Shown here: positions 48,001-56,836 of the stretch, piece after piece
How the letters are laid out: each line of letters starts with the position of its first letter
Position numbering within the stretch: position 1 is the stretch's first letter
Position numbers and translations under genes: made by a program
Assembly: GCA_050331735.1 (NCBI GenBank)
Contig: JBHJGN010000033.1
Span: 1-58,774, forward strand
Reading direction: 5' to 3'
Length of the DNA: 58,774 nt
DNA from: Cyanophyceae cyanobacterium
Lineage (GTDB): Bacteria; Cyanobacteriota; Cyanobacteriia; Cyanobacteriales; JBHJGN01
The notes under the pieces: generated by a model
Seen by the model: the letters and a program-made list of their open reading frames with translations, nothing else
The model's database searches: none
Told to the model about the DNA's origin: nothing

Positions 48001-50107
48001 CGCCCCCGGTGTGCAGCAGGTGCCAGAACGCTTCAGGATTCTCGGCTCCTGGAAAGCGGCAGCCTAAGCCGATGATGGCAATGGCTTCTTCTAAAGGGCG
48101 ATCGCTTTTCACCCTCGGTATCTCTGCCTCGGTCCCGTCTGCTAAACGCTGCGAGAGGGCGGCAATGGTGGGATAGTCGTAAAGCAACGTGGGGGAAAGA
48201 CGCTGCTGCAACCGCTGCTCCAGCTCTCCCGAAAGCCTCACGGCGTTAACGGAGTCAATGCCGTAGCTAGCAAAGGATTGATGCGGCTCGATTTGACTAG
48301 GATCTAGGTGCGCCGCGCGGGCTACCTGCTCGACGAGCCATGTTTGAATGCTGGGTTGGGAATTACCGGCTGGTCTGTCTTCCGGCTGCGCCGCAGTCCA
48401 CTCGCCGATGACGGCTAAGGTCTGATCTAAAAACTGCTGTTTACAGGCACGCCGCTGAATTTTGCCGCTCGATGTTTTCGGAATCCCGCCGGGTTTGAGG
48501 AGAGCAATGGCGTATATCGGCAAATCGTGATGGTAGACGATCGCCTCTCGGATTGCCCTAGCAATCTCCTCAACGTTGAGGTTGCGCCACACCTGCCGCT
48601 CGACTTCACTGACAATCACCATTTCTGCTTCTTCAATGGTGAATGCGGCTCCGTTGGCGGCTCGCAGCGCTGGATGAGCCTGCTCTACCGTCCGTTCAAT
48701 ATCTTGTGGGTAGTAGTTCTGTCCGCGAATAATAATTAAGTCTTTGAGTCGCCCGGTGATAAACAGTTCGCCATCGTTGAAAAACCCTAAATCACCCGTT
48801 TTGAGAAACGGTCCCTCGCCCTCGGCTAGATAGGCCTGGAAAGCTTCGGTGGTGGCTTTCGGTTGGTTCCAGTAGCCTTGAGTCACGCTCGCTCCGGCTA
48901 CCCAAATTTCCCCCACGCTATTGGGAGCGCAGGGACGCAAGTCAGGATTAACGACGACGACGTGGGGAGCACCGCGCCCGCAACTGACGAGGGTTTGGGT
49001 GCCCTCGGCTTTATCGCTCACCACCGCGTGATCGCTTCTGAGAGCCTGTTTTTCTACCGTTCGATAGCGGGGCGACGTGTCCTTGTCCCCCCCAGTGACG
49101 AATAGAGTGGCTTCTGCCATGCCATAACAGGGATAGAACGCCGTTTTCTGAAAGCCGCAGTCGGCAAAGGTGGCGGTAAACCGCTCTAAGGTTTCTGCCC
49201 GCAGAGGTTCTGCGCCGTTGAAGGCGACCTTCCAACAGCTCAAATCTAGGCGGGAAAGCATTTCTGGCGAAATCCTCTGGCAACAGAGGTCGTAGGCAAA
49301 GTTTGGTCCTCCGCTCACGGTTGCCTGGGTTTGGGCGATCGCCTGTAGCCAGCGAATCGGCTGCTGAAGAAAGGCAACGGGTGACATAAAGGTGACAGAG
49401 GCAGAGGCGTAGAGCGGTTCGAGCAGCCCACCGATCAACCCCATGTCGTGGTAGGGCGGCAGCCAGCTAACCACCTGACTCTCCGGGGAAAAGCCAAATT
49501 TGTCGTGGATGAGTGCTAAGTTGTGCAGTAAGTTCTGATGGCTCACCATTACTCCTTTGGGAGCCGCCGTTGAACCGGAGGTGTACTGCAAAAAGGCGAG
49601 AGCATCCCCTGTTAGGTGGGGGTCTTGCCATTGAGCGGCTAATTCGAGAGCCAGCGTATCGGTAGTGAGCCAGTCTAACTCCTCAACGCCAAGCTCTTTG
49701 CCCTGGATGTCTGCGCGTAAAGCGTTATTAGTAAGTACAGTGCGGGGCTGTGCGTCTTGAATAATTGCCTGTAAACGGGACAGCGAGCGTCGGTGCGAAC
49801 GAGGCGGATAGAGAGGCACGGCGATCGCTCCAGCATATAAACAGCCGAAAAACGCCGCAACGTACTCAGTTCCGGGGGGGAGCAGCAACACAACCCGCTC
49901 TCCTTGGTTGTATTTGCCTTGGAGATGCGCGGCGATCGCTCGGGCCTGCCGCTCCAACTCGCGATTAGTTAGGCACTGCTCGATCGTTTCGCCGTCTTTG
50001 AGAAACCGATAGGTTTGGCAATTCGGTTGAAACTGGGAGCGATGGCGGAGGAGATCGACTAGAGTCGTTCCTGCACCACAAAATTTTGGGGTTAAACAAT
50101 TGACCAT
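45041..50107 (-). CDS. Initiating FAAL-ACP-KS-AT-DH(N-half)
   Basis: FAAL FLQYTSGST, WLPPYHDMGLIG, YGMAE, PKTSSGKIQR. ACP GIDSV. Active KS (DTACSSS, HGTGT, NIGHLE). AT GHSVG. Ends in the first DH hotdog, HPLLG...EHQVWG. Confidence 0.95.
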   Translation of the reverse strand: MVNCLTPKFCGAGTTLVDLLRHRSQFQPNCQTYRFLKDGETIEQCLTNRELERQARAIAAHLQGKYNQGERVVLLLPPGTEYVAAFFGCLYAGAIAVPLYPPRSHRRSLSRLQAIIQDAQPRTVLTNNALRADIQGKELGVEELDWLTTDTLALELAAQWQDPHLTGDALAFLQYTSGSTAAPKGVMVSHQNLLHNLALIHDKFGFSPESQVVSWLPPYHDMGLIGGLLEPLYASASVTFMSPVAFLQQPIRWLQAIAQTQATVSGGPNFAYDLCCQRISPEMLSRLDLSCWKVAFNGAEPLRAETLERFTATFADCGFQKTAFYPCYGMAEATLFVTGGDKDTSPRYRTVEKQALRSDHAVVSDKAEGTQTLVSCGRGAPHVVVVNPDLRPCAPNSVGEIWVAGASVTQGYWNQPKATTEAFQAYLAEGEGPFLKTGDLGFFNDGELFITGRLKDLIIIRGQNYYPQDIERTVEQAHPALRAANGAAFTIEEAEMVIVSEVERQVWRNLNVEEIARAIREAIVYHHDLPIYAIALLKPGGIPKTSSGKIQRRACKQQFLDQTLAVIGEWTAAQPEDRPAGNSQPSIQTWLVEQVARAAHLDPSQIEPHQSFASYGIDSVNAVRLSGELEQRLQQRLSPTLLYDYPTIAALSQRLADGTEAEIPRVKSDRPLEEAIAIIGLGCRFPGAENPEAFWHLLHTGGDAITSVPRERWDVEAYYAEVPTPGKMTTRWGGFLNHIAQFDASFFGITPREAEKIDPQQRLLLEVAWEALEHAGTPPEHLAESSTGVFIGTSGSDYARLLAQEPACLDAYLGTGTAASIAANRLSYCLNLQGPSLAIDTACSSSLVAVHLASQSLRQGECDLALAGGVNLLLTPELTVAFSQARMLAADGRCKTFDAAADGYGRSEGCGIVILKRLADAQRDGDRILAVVRGSAINQDGHSNGLSAPNGLAQQTAIRQALNNAGIDPAHIQYVEAHGTGTALGDPIEMKAIQAALGNRPEHQPCVIGSVKTNIGHLEAAAGIAGLIKVVLSLQHQEIPPHLHLNELNPHIALDGTPFTIATQGQPWKDWGRRLAGVSSFGFGGTNAHLVVEGEPASPQRESNDPERPLHVLTLSAKTDAALRQLVERYCPFLSTSPHSLGDICFTANAGRSSFAHRVSFVASSKEHLQSQLQGVKAGEEFGFVQKQGQLKPKIAFLFSGQGTQLVNMGRQLYETQPTFRKILEHCDAILRADLKPSLLAVLYPEPSHRHLLQQTAYTQPALFALEYALAKLWQSWGIQPDGVMGHSVGEYVAACLAGVFDLEDGLKLVAARGRLMQSLPDNGAMVVAAVEAERAAAIVADAPVAIAAINGPRNTVLSGLREDVQEIATHLAAAGIRTTRLQVANGFHSALMEPVLKPFRAEASKIPWTQPRINLVSNLTGQWATEAIATPEYWVKHIRQPVRFSQGMETLHREGYRWFLEIGAKPTLLGLGRQCLPPALADTSQWLPSLRPSRSDWQVMLTSLGRLASAGFKIDWRGFDRDYRRQLVSVPTYPFERQSYWFQRSATVRPPLGSAASSEHPLLGKRLAPLAHRPSDRLWTVNLNGDRLSYLGEHQVWGTPTLFLGAYIEMALAAARETWGERRYQLRDLALHQPLFLSRDGNCQVQIALLEQSPDSATFQTHSRTCSAAASPWILHATATLHWSDLN

Positions 50108-50357
50108 TTTTTGACCCTCTCATTAACTCGAGCCGCGAACGCGGTTGGAGTTTGGGTTGGCTTTTCCTCGCTCAGGAAGCGATCAGAAGGCTTCCTAAAG
50201 GATGGAGGACTATGTTAATGGGGCCGGATGCCTCGTCAAGGCAAGCTCTCCGGTGTGAAGACTCTCATCACACCCCCTCGGCTGACTCTCATTTCGTCGT
50301 TCTCTGGCGAGAAACCTTACAAGTAGCAGCTCAATCGCCACTAAGTTCTTTTAGCTA

Positions 50358-50377
50358 GCTGAAAATATTCTCAATTG
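50358..50377. promoter_or_regulatory. Candidate Fur box (biosynthetic operon side)
   Basis: TGAAAATATTCTCAAT, an AT-rich near-palindrome with an ATTCTCA half-site, in the divergent intergenic region. Confidence 0.5.
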
Positions 50378-50560
50378 GCAACAGAGCTATCCTAAACCTA
50401 ATGACTAAATTTAGCAAGACTAAAAATTTAATATCTATGGTGTTTTCTCCAAGATTACCGTAAGTCAGGGCTTTTATTGCCAGGGAATGCTACTGTTGTA
50501 GTGACTTTTACCGAGTAGTTTCTGATATTTTTGAGTGATCGCGCTTGAGACTTTGCGCGA

Positions 50561-50585
50561 TTTAATGAAACCTATTCTCATTAAA
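50561..50585. promoter_or_regulatory. Candidate Fur box (receptor side)
   Basis: TTTAATGA-AACCTATTC-TCATTAAA has perfect 8-bp inverted arms and an ATTCTCA half-site. Confidence 0.55.
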
Positions 50586-50711
50586 TGTGATAAGCTAGCC
50601 CGTGGCATTACCCACACAATGGTTCGAGGTCAGCAAGGAGATGGCTTCAGTAGCGGGTATGCCTGCTCAAGCTTAGTTATACAGACGAAAACAATTGGTG
50701 AGGAGTATTTA

Positions 50712-53360
50712 GTGAAATCGTTACTATTCCTGAACCCCACACTCTGGCTCAATTCCTGTGGGATAGCCGTTATACTTCAGGTTATTTTTATGCACTCAAC
50801 TCGTGCAGAAGTCGAATTAGCAGAGCCTCACTCTCATGATCTAGTTAGTCCCCCCCTGACGGTTAACCATTCACGTCCAGATATTGTTACTAGTTCTCTT
50901 TTTAATCTTGACGGAGGGCATAGAATCGCTCAATCGCTGGTTGAGATTATTGGCGTGCAGGTCAATTCGACCGAGGCTGGAGTGGAAGTAATCTTAGACT
51001 CGGCGGGAGAACTGGCTAGCCCTTCTACATCAGTCGTAGGCAATGCGCTGATCGCAGAGATTCCTAATGCCGTGCTCGCCCTTCCAGAAGAATCGTTTGA
51101 GCAGTTTGACCCTGCCGCAGGAATTGCCCTGATCAGCGTGACAAATTTACCAGGAAACCGAGTTCAGGTAGCGATTACCGGAACGGATACCCCACCGACG
51201 GCGGAGGTTAGCACGGAGGCTCAAGGGCTGGTTTTAAGCGTCACTCCCGGAACCGGCGTTGACAGCGCAGAGGAAGAAGCCCCGGAGATTGTTGTGACCG
51301 CTACTCGTACCGAGGAAGCAGAGGCAGAAGTCCCCAGGGCGGTAACAGTAATTCCCCGAGACGAAATTGAGGATCAATCCCTGCTAACCAACGATTTGTC
51401 TGGTTTTTTGGGAATTTTAGTACCAGGATTTGGACCGCCTAACCCCGAAGGCAGAACCCGCGCTCAGAGCCTGCGCGGACGGGAAGCTCTCATTTTGTTA
51501 GATGGAATTCCGCAAAACTCTAACACCTCTTTTGGCACCGAATTAAGCAACATTGACCCCGCCGCGATTGAGCGGATTGAAGTGGTTCGCGGTCCTAGTG
51601 CGATCTATGGAGACGGTGGTACGGGTGGCATTGTGAATGTGATTACTCGCGCTCCTGCTGAGGAAGGGTTTGAGCAAAGTTTTGCCTCGGCACTACGCTT
51701 GGATCTCAGCAATTTAGACGAAACCGATCCCGGATTTAAAGGACAGTACGGTCTCTCCGGTCGTCAAGGCAGGTTTGATTTTCGCATCAATGGCGCTTTC
51801 GACGGCGATCCCACCCACTTCGATGCCGACGGTGATCGCATTCCCCCAGATGGACTCTCCAGCGACAACAGTTCCGTTAATCTGCTTACTAAGTTGGGCT
51901 TCAATTTCACCGAAACTCAACGCCTACAGTTGACCTACAACCTGTTCAATAACGATTTTGAAAGCGAGTTTATTTCCGATCCAGAAGTGTTCGCCATTGA
52001 GGGTCTGCAAACAGCAAGAGCCTTGGACGTGGGAGATATAGACTACGACGACGATCCTGAGCAAACCATTCAGAATTTAGGGTTGACCTATCGCCACGAA
52101 GATATTTTGGGATCCCAGCTAGATGCCCAATTCTACTACCGCGAAACCGATTTGACTCAGCTTCCGCGCGATATTCGCGGGCAGTTCCCCGACGAAGCTT
52201 TTCCGGCTGCACCCCGACTGTTTCAAACCACCCTGGACTCTAGCGAACTGGGGTTACGCCTGCAAGTAGATAGTTCCTTCTCCAACTCGCTGAGTTTACT
52301 GTGGGGGGTAGATTATGCTCAGGAAGAAAATGAAGCCTCGTTTAACGCTCTCGATCCGAATGCTTTTGACCAGGAGAGAGAAGGAGCGGTTATCGATACG
52401 CCCACTCAAAGCCCCTTTTATACCCTCGAAAACCTGGGGGTGTTTGCCCAACTGCAATGGAAGTTGGGCGATCGCTGGCAGTTTCGGGGCGGAGCGCGCT
52501 TTGAAAACATTAGCGCTGACGTTGATGACTATACAGCCTCCCCATTTTCCAATCCCGCAGGACCGCCACCCGAAGTCGAAGGAGGAACCGTTGACGATGA
52601 CGATGTGGTGTTTAATGCGGGTTTAGTCTTCGATGCTAGTCCTAATGTGAACTTGTTTGTGAACTTCTCCCAAGGATTTTCAATTCCGCAACTGGGAATT
52701 ACGTTAGGGTTGGCTCCCTTTGGTACAAGTATTGAAGATAGCGTTGAACTGGAATCTCAGAAAGTTGACAACTACGAACTAGGGATTCGCGGCAATTGGC
52801 AGGATGTTGAAGTCAGTCTCGTCGGTTTCTATAACGAGTCGGAACTAGGCTCAGCTTTAACCGTTAGTGAGGATGGCATTACCCAGGTCGTGCGCGCTCC
52901 CCAGGAAAACTATGGTTTGGAATTCAGCGTTGACTGGACACCGAGCGCTCGCTGGCGACTGGGGGGGGATTTGACCTGGAATGAAGGGGACTTTGATCCC
53001 GAAGATGCGGGCGACTTTGTTGCCCTTAGTTCCGTTGACGTTCAGCCCCTCAATCTCACCCTATACCTAGAAAATGAAACCTTACCCGGCTGGCGCAATC
53101 GCCTGCAAGCCCTGATCGTTGCTGATCGCGATCGCGCTTTTGAAGATGAGGTGGACGAATTTGAGATCGATGGCTACACCGTTCTTGACTTGATCAGTAG
53201 TATAGAAATTGGAGCGGGAAGACTAGAGCTGGGCATTGGCAACTTGCTTGATGAAGAATATTTGCCTGTAAGCTCCCAGGAACGGATTGGAGTGCAAGAA
53301 AATCTCCGGTTTGCCGGTCGAGGACGCAACATCACTCTGCGCTACTTACTAGACTTTTAA
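50712..53360 (+). CDS. AMIN-domain TonB-dependent siderophore receptor
   Basis: AMIN-like segment (GNALIAEIPNAVL), EIVVTATR, plug motif IERIEVVRGPSAIYG, NLLDEEY and terminal Phe. GTG 50712 follows GAGGAG (the ORF track starts at 50535). Confidence 0.95.
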   Translation: MKSLLFLNPTLWLNSCGIAVILQVIFMHSTRAEVELAEPHSHDLVSPPLTVNHSRPDIVTSSLFNLDGGHRIAQSLVEIIGVQVNSTEAGVEVILDSAGELASPSTSVVGNALIAEIPNAVLALPEESFEQFDPAAGIALISVTNLPGNRVQVAITGTDTPPTAEVSTEAQGLVLSVTPGTGVDSAEEEAPEIVVTATRTEEAEAEVPRAVTVIPRDEIEDQSLLTNDLSGFLGILVPGFGPPNPEGRTRAQSLRGREALILLDGIPQNSNTSFGTELSNIDPAAIERIEVVRGPSAIYGDGGTGGIVNVITRAPAEEGFEQSFASALRLDLSNLDETDPGFKGQYGLSGRQGRFDFRINGAFDGDPTHFDADGDRIPPDGLSSDNSSVNLLTKLGFNFTETQRLQLTYNLFNNDFESEFISDPEVFAIEGLQTARALDVGDIDYDDDPEQTIQNLGLTYRHEDILGSQLDAQFYYRETDLTQLPRDIRGQFPDEAFPAAPRLFQTTLDSSELGLRLQVDSSFSNSLSLLWGVDYAQEENEASFNALDPNAFDQEREGAVIDTPTQSPFYTLENLGVFAQLQWKLGDRWQFRGGARFENISADVDDYTASPFSNPAGPPPEVEGGTVDDDDVVFNAGLVFDASPNVNLFVNFSQGFSIPQLGITLGLAPFGTSIEDSVELESQKVDNYELGIRGNWQDVEVSLVGFYNESELGSALTVSEDGITQVVRAPQENYGLEFSVDWTPSARWRLGGDLTWNEGDFDPEDAGDFVALSSVDVQPLNLTLYLENETLPGWRNRLQALIVADRDRAFEDEVDEFEIDGYTVLDLISSIEIGAGRLELGIGNLLDEEYLPVSSQERIGVQENLRFAGRGRNITLRYLLDF

Positions 53361-53374
53361 GTGTTCCTACTGCT

Positions 53375-54403
53375 ATGGGGTTTTCAATTGCAAGTATCAT
53401 CTTAGTTCTTTGGCCTGTTTTGGCCGACATCAGCGCCTTTGGTTTAGCGAGCGTGAGTCTAAGACCGAGAGTGCGATTTCCTGCCCTGACAATACTTTCC
53501 TGCTGCTTCTGTCTTTTGGTGAGCTGTGGTGGCGGTCCCTCTCAGGAACCGCCGTCTCCTAACGCTCGCCTCGTCGAACACGCGATGGGAAGCACTTACG
53601 TCCCTGAGACAGTTGAACGAGTCGTGACGGTAGACACGGCTGCTTTAGATGCCTCTCTTGCCCTGGGAATTAAGCCAGTTGGTTCGGTGGTTTTTGGGGA
53701 TTTTCCCAGCTATCTCGGCGATCGCGGGTCAGGAATTCAGTCGGTTGGGGACGGCAATCAACCAAACCTGGAAAAGATCTTGCAGCTACAGCCCGATTTA
53801 ATCCTCAGCAACAGGATTAGCTCAGGCAGACTCTATAACCGTCTCTCGCGCATTGCCCCGACGGTTTTAAGTGAGGGCAGCGGGCGTTCTGGTGAGTGGC
53901 AGTCTCATCTGCGTCTTTTTGGAGAAGCTTTGGGGCGCACAGAGACAGCAGCAGAACTTCTCCAGGACTACGAACAGCGAGTGGCGCAACTGCGGGGAAA
54001 ACTTGGTGACACGAGCGATACCGTCGTTTCCGTTGTCACCACGGGCCGGGGGCGGGTAGGATTTTACACCGTCGAGAGTTTTCCTGGCTCGGTGCTGCAA
54101 GATTTAGGATTTGCCCGTCCTCCCCTGCAAGCAGACTCGCGCCAGTGGGCAGAGATGGTTTCTCAGGAAAACCTCGCCAGCTTAGATGGCGACATCATTT
54201 TTCTGATTCGTAATCAGGTTTTCTCGGACAGTTTGGGTCAGGAAGAGTTGGTTAGCGACCCCATTTGGTCTCAGTTAGGAGCAGTCAAGCAAGGTCGCCT
54301 CTACCAAGTCGAGGGAGAAGCGTGGATACAAGGTCGGAACATCTTGGCGGCTCACCAGATCTTAGACGATGTGGCTCAAGCGTTGGAGGGCGAGCGTGAG
54401 TAA
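53375..54403 (+). CDS. Iron-siderophore ABC transporter periplasmic binding lipoprotein (FecB/FhuD-like)
   Basis: Lipobox LLVSC; VEHAMGST..P....RVV; QPNLEKILQLQPDLI; LSRIAPTV; W..L.AVK.GR. Confidence 0.93.
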   Translation: MGFSIASIILVLWPVLADISAFGLASVSLRPRVRFPALTILSCCFCLLVSCGGGPSQEPPSPNARLVEHAMGSTYVPETVERVVTVDTAALDASLALGIKPVGSVVFGDFPSYLGDRGSGIQSVGDGNQPNLEKILQLQPDLILSNRISSGRLYNRLSRIAPTVLSEGSGRSGEWQSHLRLFGEALGRTETAAELLQDYEQRVAQLRGKLGDTSDTVVSVVTTGRGRVGFYTVESFPGSVLQDLGFARPPLQADSRQWAEMVSQENLASLDGDIIFLIRNQVFSDSLGQEELVSDPIWSQLGAVKQGRLYQVEGEAWIQGRNILAAHQILDDVAQALEGERE

Positions 54404-55757
54404 GCCGCAATCAAGACTAGCGAGTACAGAAGCACCGCCCCCAAGCCTCAAGACCTTTGCCATGCTTTGGAGTGGGCAGCTTGTATCTAGTATCGGTTCG
54501 GAGATGACCACCTTTGCCCTCACGCTCTGGGCTTGGGACCGCACCGGGCAAGCTACTCCCTTAGCCCTCATTCTGTTCTTTACTCAAACTCCCAAGGTCT
54601 GTGCCGCTGTCTTTGCTGGGGTTCTGGTTGACACCTACGATCGCCAACGCTTAATGCTTGTCAGCGATTTGATGGTGGGAATCATGACAGTCATTCTACT
54701 ATTACTATTTCTTTCCCAACGCTTAGAGATTTGGCAGCTCTACGTTACGAGTATCGTCAATGGGTTATCCGGCTATCTCCAGAACTTAGCTTACTCTACG
54801 ACCATTCCCAGCATCGTGCCGAAGGTTCACTATGCCCGTGCTACGGCTATGGATGCTCTTAAACAAGCCAGCGCCTACGTATTCTCGCCAGCCATCGCCG
54901 GAGTTCTCTATCCCCTAATTGGCTTTGTGGGGATTCTGAGCATCGATTTGGCTACCTTGGCGATCGCCATGATTTCTCTCGGACTGGCAGTGATTCCCAG
55001 GAGGAAAGCCACTTCTTCGGTTCGCTCCTGGCAGCCTCGTCAGTTAACTTTCGGCTTTCAATATATCTTTCAACGCTCTGGGCTGTTGGCAATCTTGCTA
55101 TTTCTGCTCGCCGCCAACCTGTTTACGAGCGCTAGTTTTGCTTTGTGGCCCGCTTTCATTCTCGCTCGGAGTGGCAACGATGCAATGGCGTTAGCGAGCG
55201 TACGCTCAGCGTTTGGCTGTGGGGGGTTGCTGGGAGCTGCCGTCCTCAGCATCTTTGGTAGCCCTCAACCTCGAATTCATGGTCTATTGTTGGGGGTGGC
55301 CCTTCCACAAATAGGATTAATTGTTTTGGCTTTGGGGCGCAACCTATCGATTTGGATTGGGGCTGCTTTTATTGCTGCTTTTTTTGTGCCTATGCTGGGG
55401 AGTGCTAATCAAGCGATCTGGCTGGCAAAGGTCGAATCGACCGTTCAAGGGAAGGTATTTGCTGCCCGATTTGTGATCGCCCAGCTCTCTTCGCCCCTCG
55501 GCTACGCCATCGCCGGACCGCTTGCCGATCGCCTGTTCGAGCCAGCCCTGGAATCGGGAAGCTGGCTCGCCTCGGTATTGAGTCCCTGGTTGGGAACAGG
55601 AGCAGGGACTGGCATCGCCCTGCAGTTAATTTTGTTGGGAATTTGTAATCTAACGGTTGGCTTTGGCGGGTATGGGGTTCCCGTTCTCCGCAACGTGGAG
55701 GCGATGCCGGATTGCGAGTCGCCCCTGGAATCTAGTTTTAACAGTGAGAGGAACTGA
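54396..55757 (+). CDS. MFS transporter (putative siderophore exporter)
   Basis: LWSGQLVSSIGSEMT, AGVLVDTYDRQRLMLVSD, QGKVFA and many hydrophobic helices. GTG 54396 follows GGAGG (ORF track: 54369). Confidence 0.9.
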   Translation: MSKPQSRLASTEAPPPSLKTFAMLWSGQLVSSIGSEMTTFALTLWAWDRTGQATPLALILFFTQTPKVCAAVFAGVLVDTYDRQRLMLVSDLMVGIMTVILLLLFLSQRLEIWQLYVTSIVNGLSGYLQNLAYSTTIPSIVPKVHYARATAMDALKQASAYVFSPAIAGVLYPLIGFVGILSIDLATLAIAMISLGLAVIPRRKATSSVRSWQPRQLTFGFQYIFQRSGLLAILLFLLAANLFTSASFALWPAFILARSGNDAMALASVRSAFGCGGLLGAAVLSIFGSPQPRIHGLLLGVALPQIGLIVLALGRNLSIWIGAAFIAAFFVPMLGSANQAIWLAKVESTVQGKVFAARFVIAQLSSPLGYAIAGPLADRLFEPALESGSWLASVLSPWLGTGAGTGIALQLILLGICNLTVGFGGYGVPVLRNVEAMPDCESPLESSFNSERN

Positions 55758-56836
55758 TGTCTGCTCAAGCCACACTCGATTTGAGTCGCTGCCGTTTTTG
55801 TTCTGAGGTATCGAAAGCAACCGGAGAAGACCCAATTGGAACCGCAGGAACTTGCCAACACTGGCTGATTGTGGAGCTGCCGCTTCCTTGGTCAGAGAAA
55901 TTACTGCTCGAACCCCGCACTCAGCCACTGATAGCGGCCCTTAAAGAGTTGATCTTTAAGCAGGGCGTATTAATTCGTCCTTTGGCGATCGCCCCCGATC
56001 CGGAGTACTCCACGCCTGGTCACATCCGCACGCTCTACTATAGGCAACCGTCTCGATGCTTCGCTCACTACAGCAAGCAAGAATTTATCGTGCCAGAAGC
56101 GGAGTTTCCCCAGCTCGTTTCGGCACTTCTGCAGCAACTGCGACAGCAACCAAACGAGCTTCCCCGTTTTGAGCGCTATTTACAAGCGACAGACACTATT
56201 CGAGAATTGCTGGTTTGCACTCATGGAAACGTTGATGCTGCCTGCGCCCGTTTCGGCTACCCCATCTACAAACAACTCCGCCACGATTACGCCCCACAGT
56301 CTGAAGGAAAGTTGCGGGTCTGGCGCTGTAGTCATTTTGGCGGTCATCAGTTTGCGCCAACCCTTATTGATCTGCCGGAAGGTCGGTATTGGGGACATTT
56401 AGAGCCGGAGGTATTAGATGCGCTGGTCTATCGCCAGGGGGATGTGGGGAAACTGCGCTCGTTTTATCGAGGATGGGCTGGTTTGAGTAAGTTTGAGCAA
56501 ATTGTCGAGCGCGAAATTTGGATGCAGGAGGGATGGAATTGGTTGAGCTACCCTAAAGCTGGGCAAAGCCAGCCGAGGGGGATTTGGGGACTGCTTGATC
56601 GTGCTCTCAGCTGGATTCCTGTCCCAATGTTGCAGCTTTGGTGGCGATTACAACGACAGAAGGCAAAGCAGATGCGGGTACGGATCGACTTTCGGCGTTC
56701 GGATGCCGCCGTTACTGAAGGCTACGAAGCTCAGGTAGTTGCAAACGGTCAGGTAATGAGTGCCCTGCAATCGGGTAAAGAAATGGCGTTGCAACCGATT
56801 CAGCAATTTCTTGTCCGCAATCTTCGCAAGGTTTGA
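55757..56836 (+). CDS. Sucrase/ferredoxin-like (thioredoxin-like 2Fe-2S) protein
   Basis: CRFCS...GEDPIGTA, LVCTHGNVDAACARFG and WRCSHFGGHQFAPT (2Cys-2His pattern). Start overlaps the MFS stop (TGATG). Confidence 0.9.
   Translation: MSAQATLDLSRCRFCSEVSKATGEDPIGTAGTCQHWLIVELPLPWSEKLLLEPRTQPLIAALKELIFKQGVLIRPLAIAPDPEYSTPGHIRTLYYRQPSRCFAHYSKQEFIVPEAEFPQLVSALLQQLRQQPNELPRFERYLQATDTIRELLVCTHGNVDAACARFGYPIYKQLRHDYAPQSEGKLRVWRCSHFGGHQFAPTLIDLPEGRYWGHLEPEVLDALVYRQGDVGKLRSFYRGWAGLSKFEQIVEREIWMQEGWNWLSYPKAGQSQPRGIWGLLDRALSWIPVPMLQLWWRLQRQKAKQMRVRIDFRRSDAAVTEGYEAQVVANGQVMSALQSGKEMALQPIQQFLVRNLRKV

Noticed and set aside
5221..50100. Many 60-270-aa alternative-frame and antisense ORFs inside the PKS/NRPS genes (e.g. 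14091-14903, 20977-21624)
   Set aside because: Shadow ORFs expected in GC-rich coding DNA; they overlap well-supported genes and show no domain motifs.
50152..50358. 68-aa ORF in the divergent intergenic region
   Set aside because: TTG start, no ribosome-binding site or motif; better explained as leader/promoter DNA.
50535..50711. 59-codon N-terminal extension of the receptor in the ORF track
   Set aside because: It overlaps the candidate Fur box; GTG 50712 has a GAGGAG site and is followed by a hydrophobic signal-like segment.
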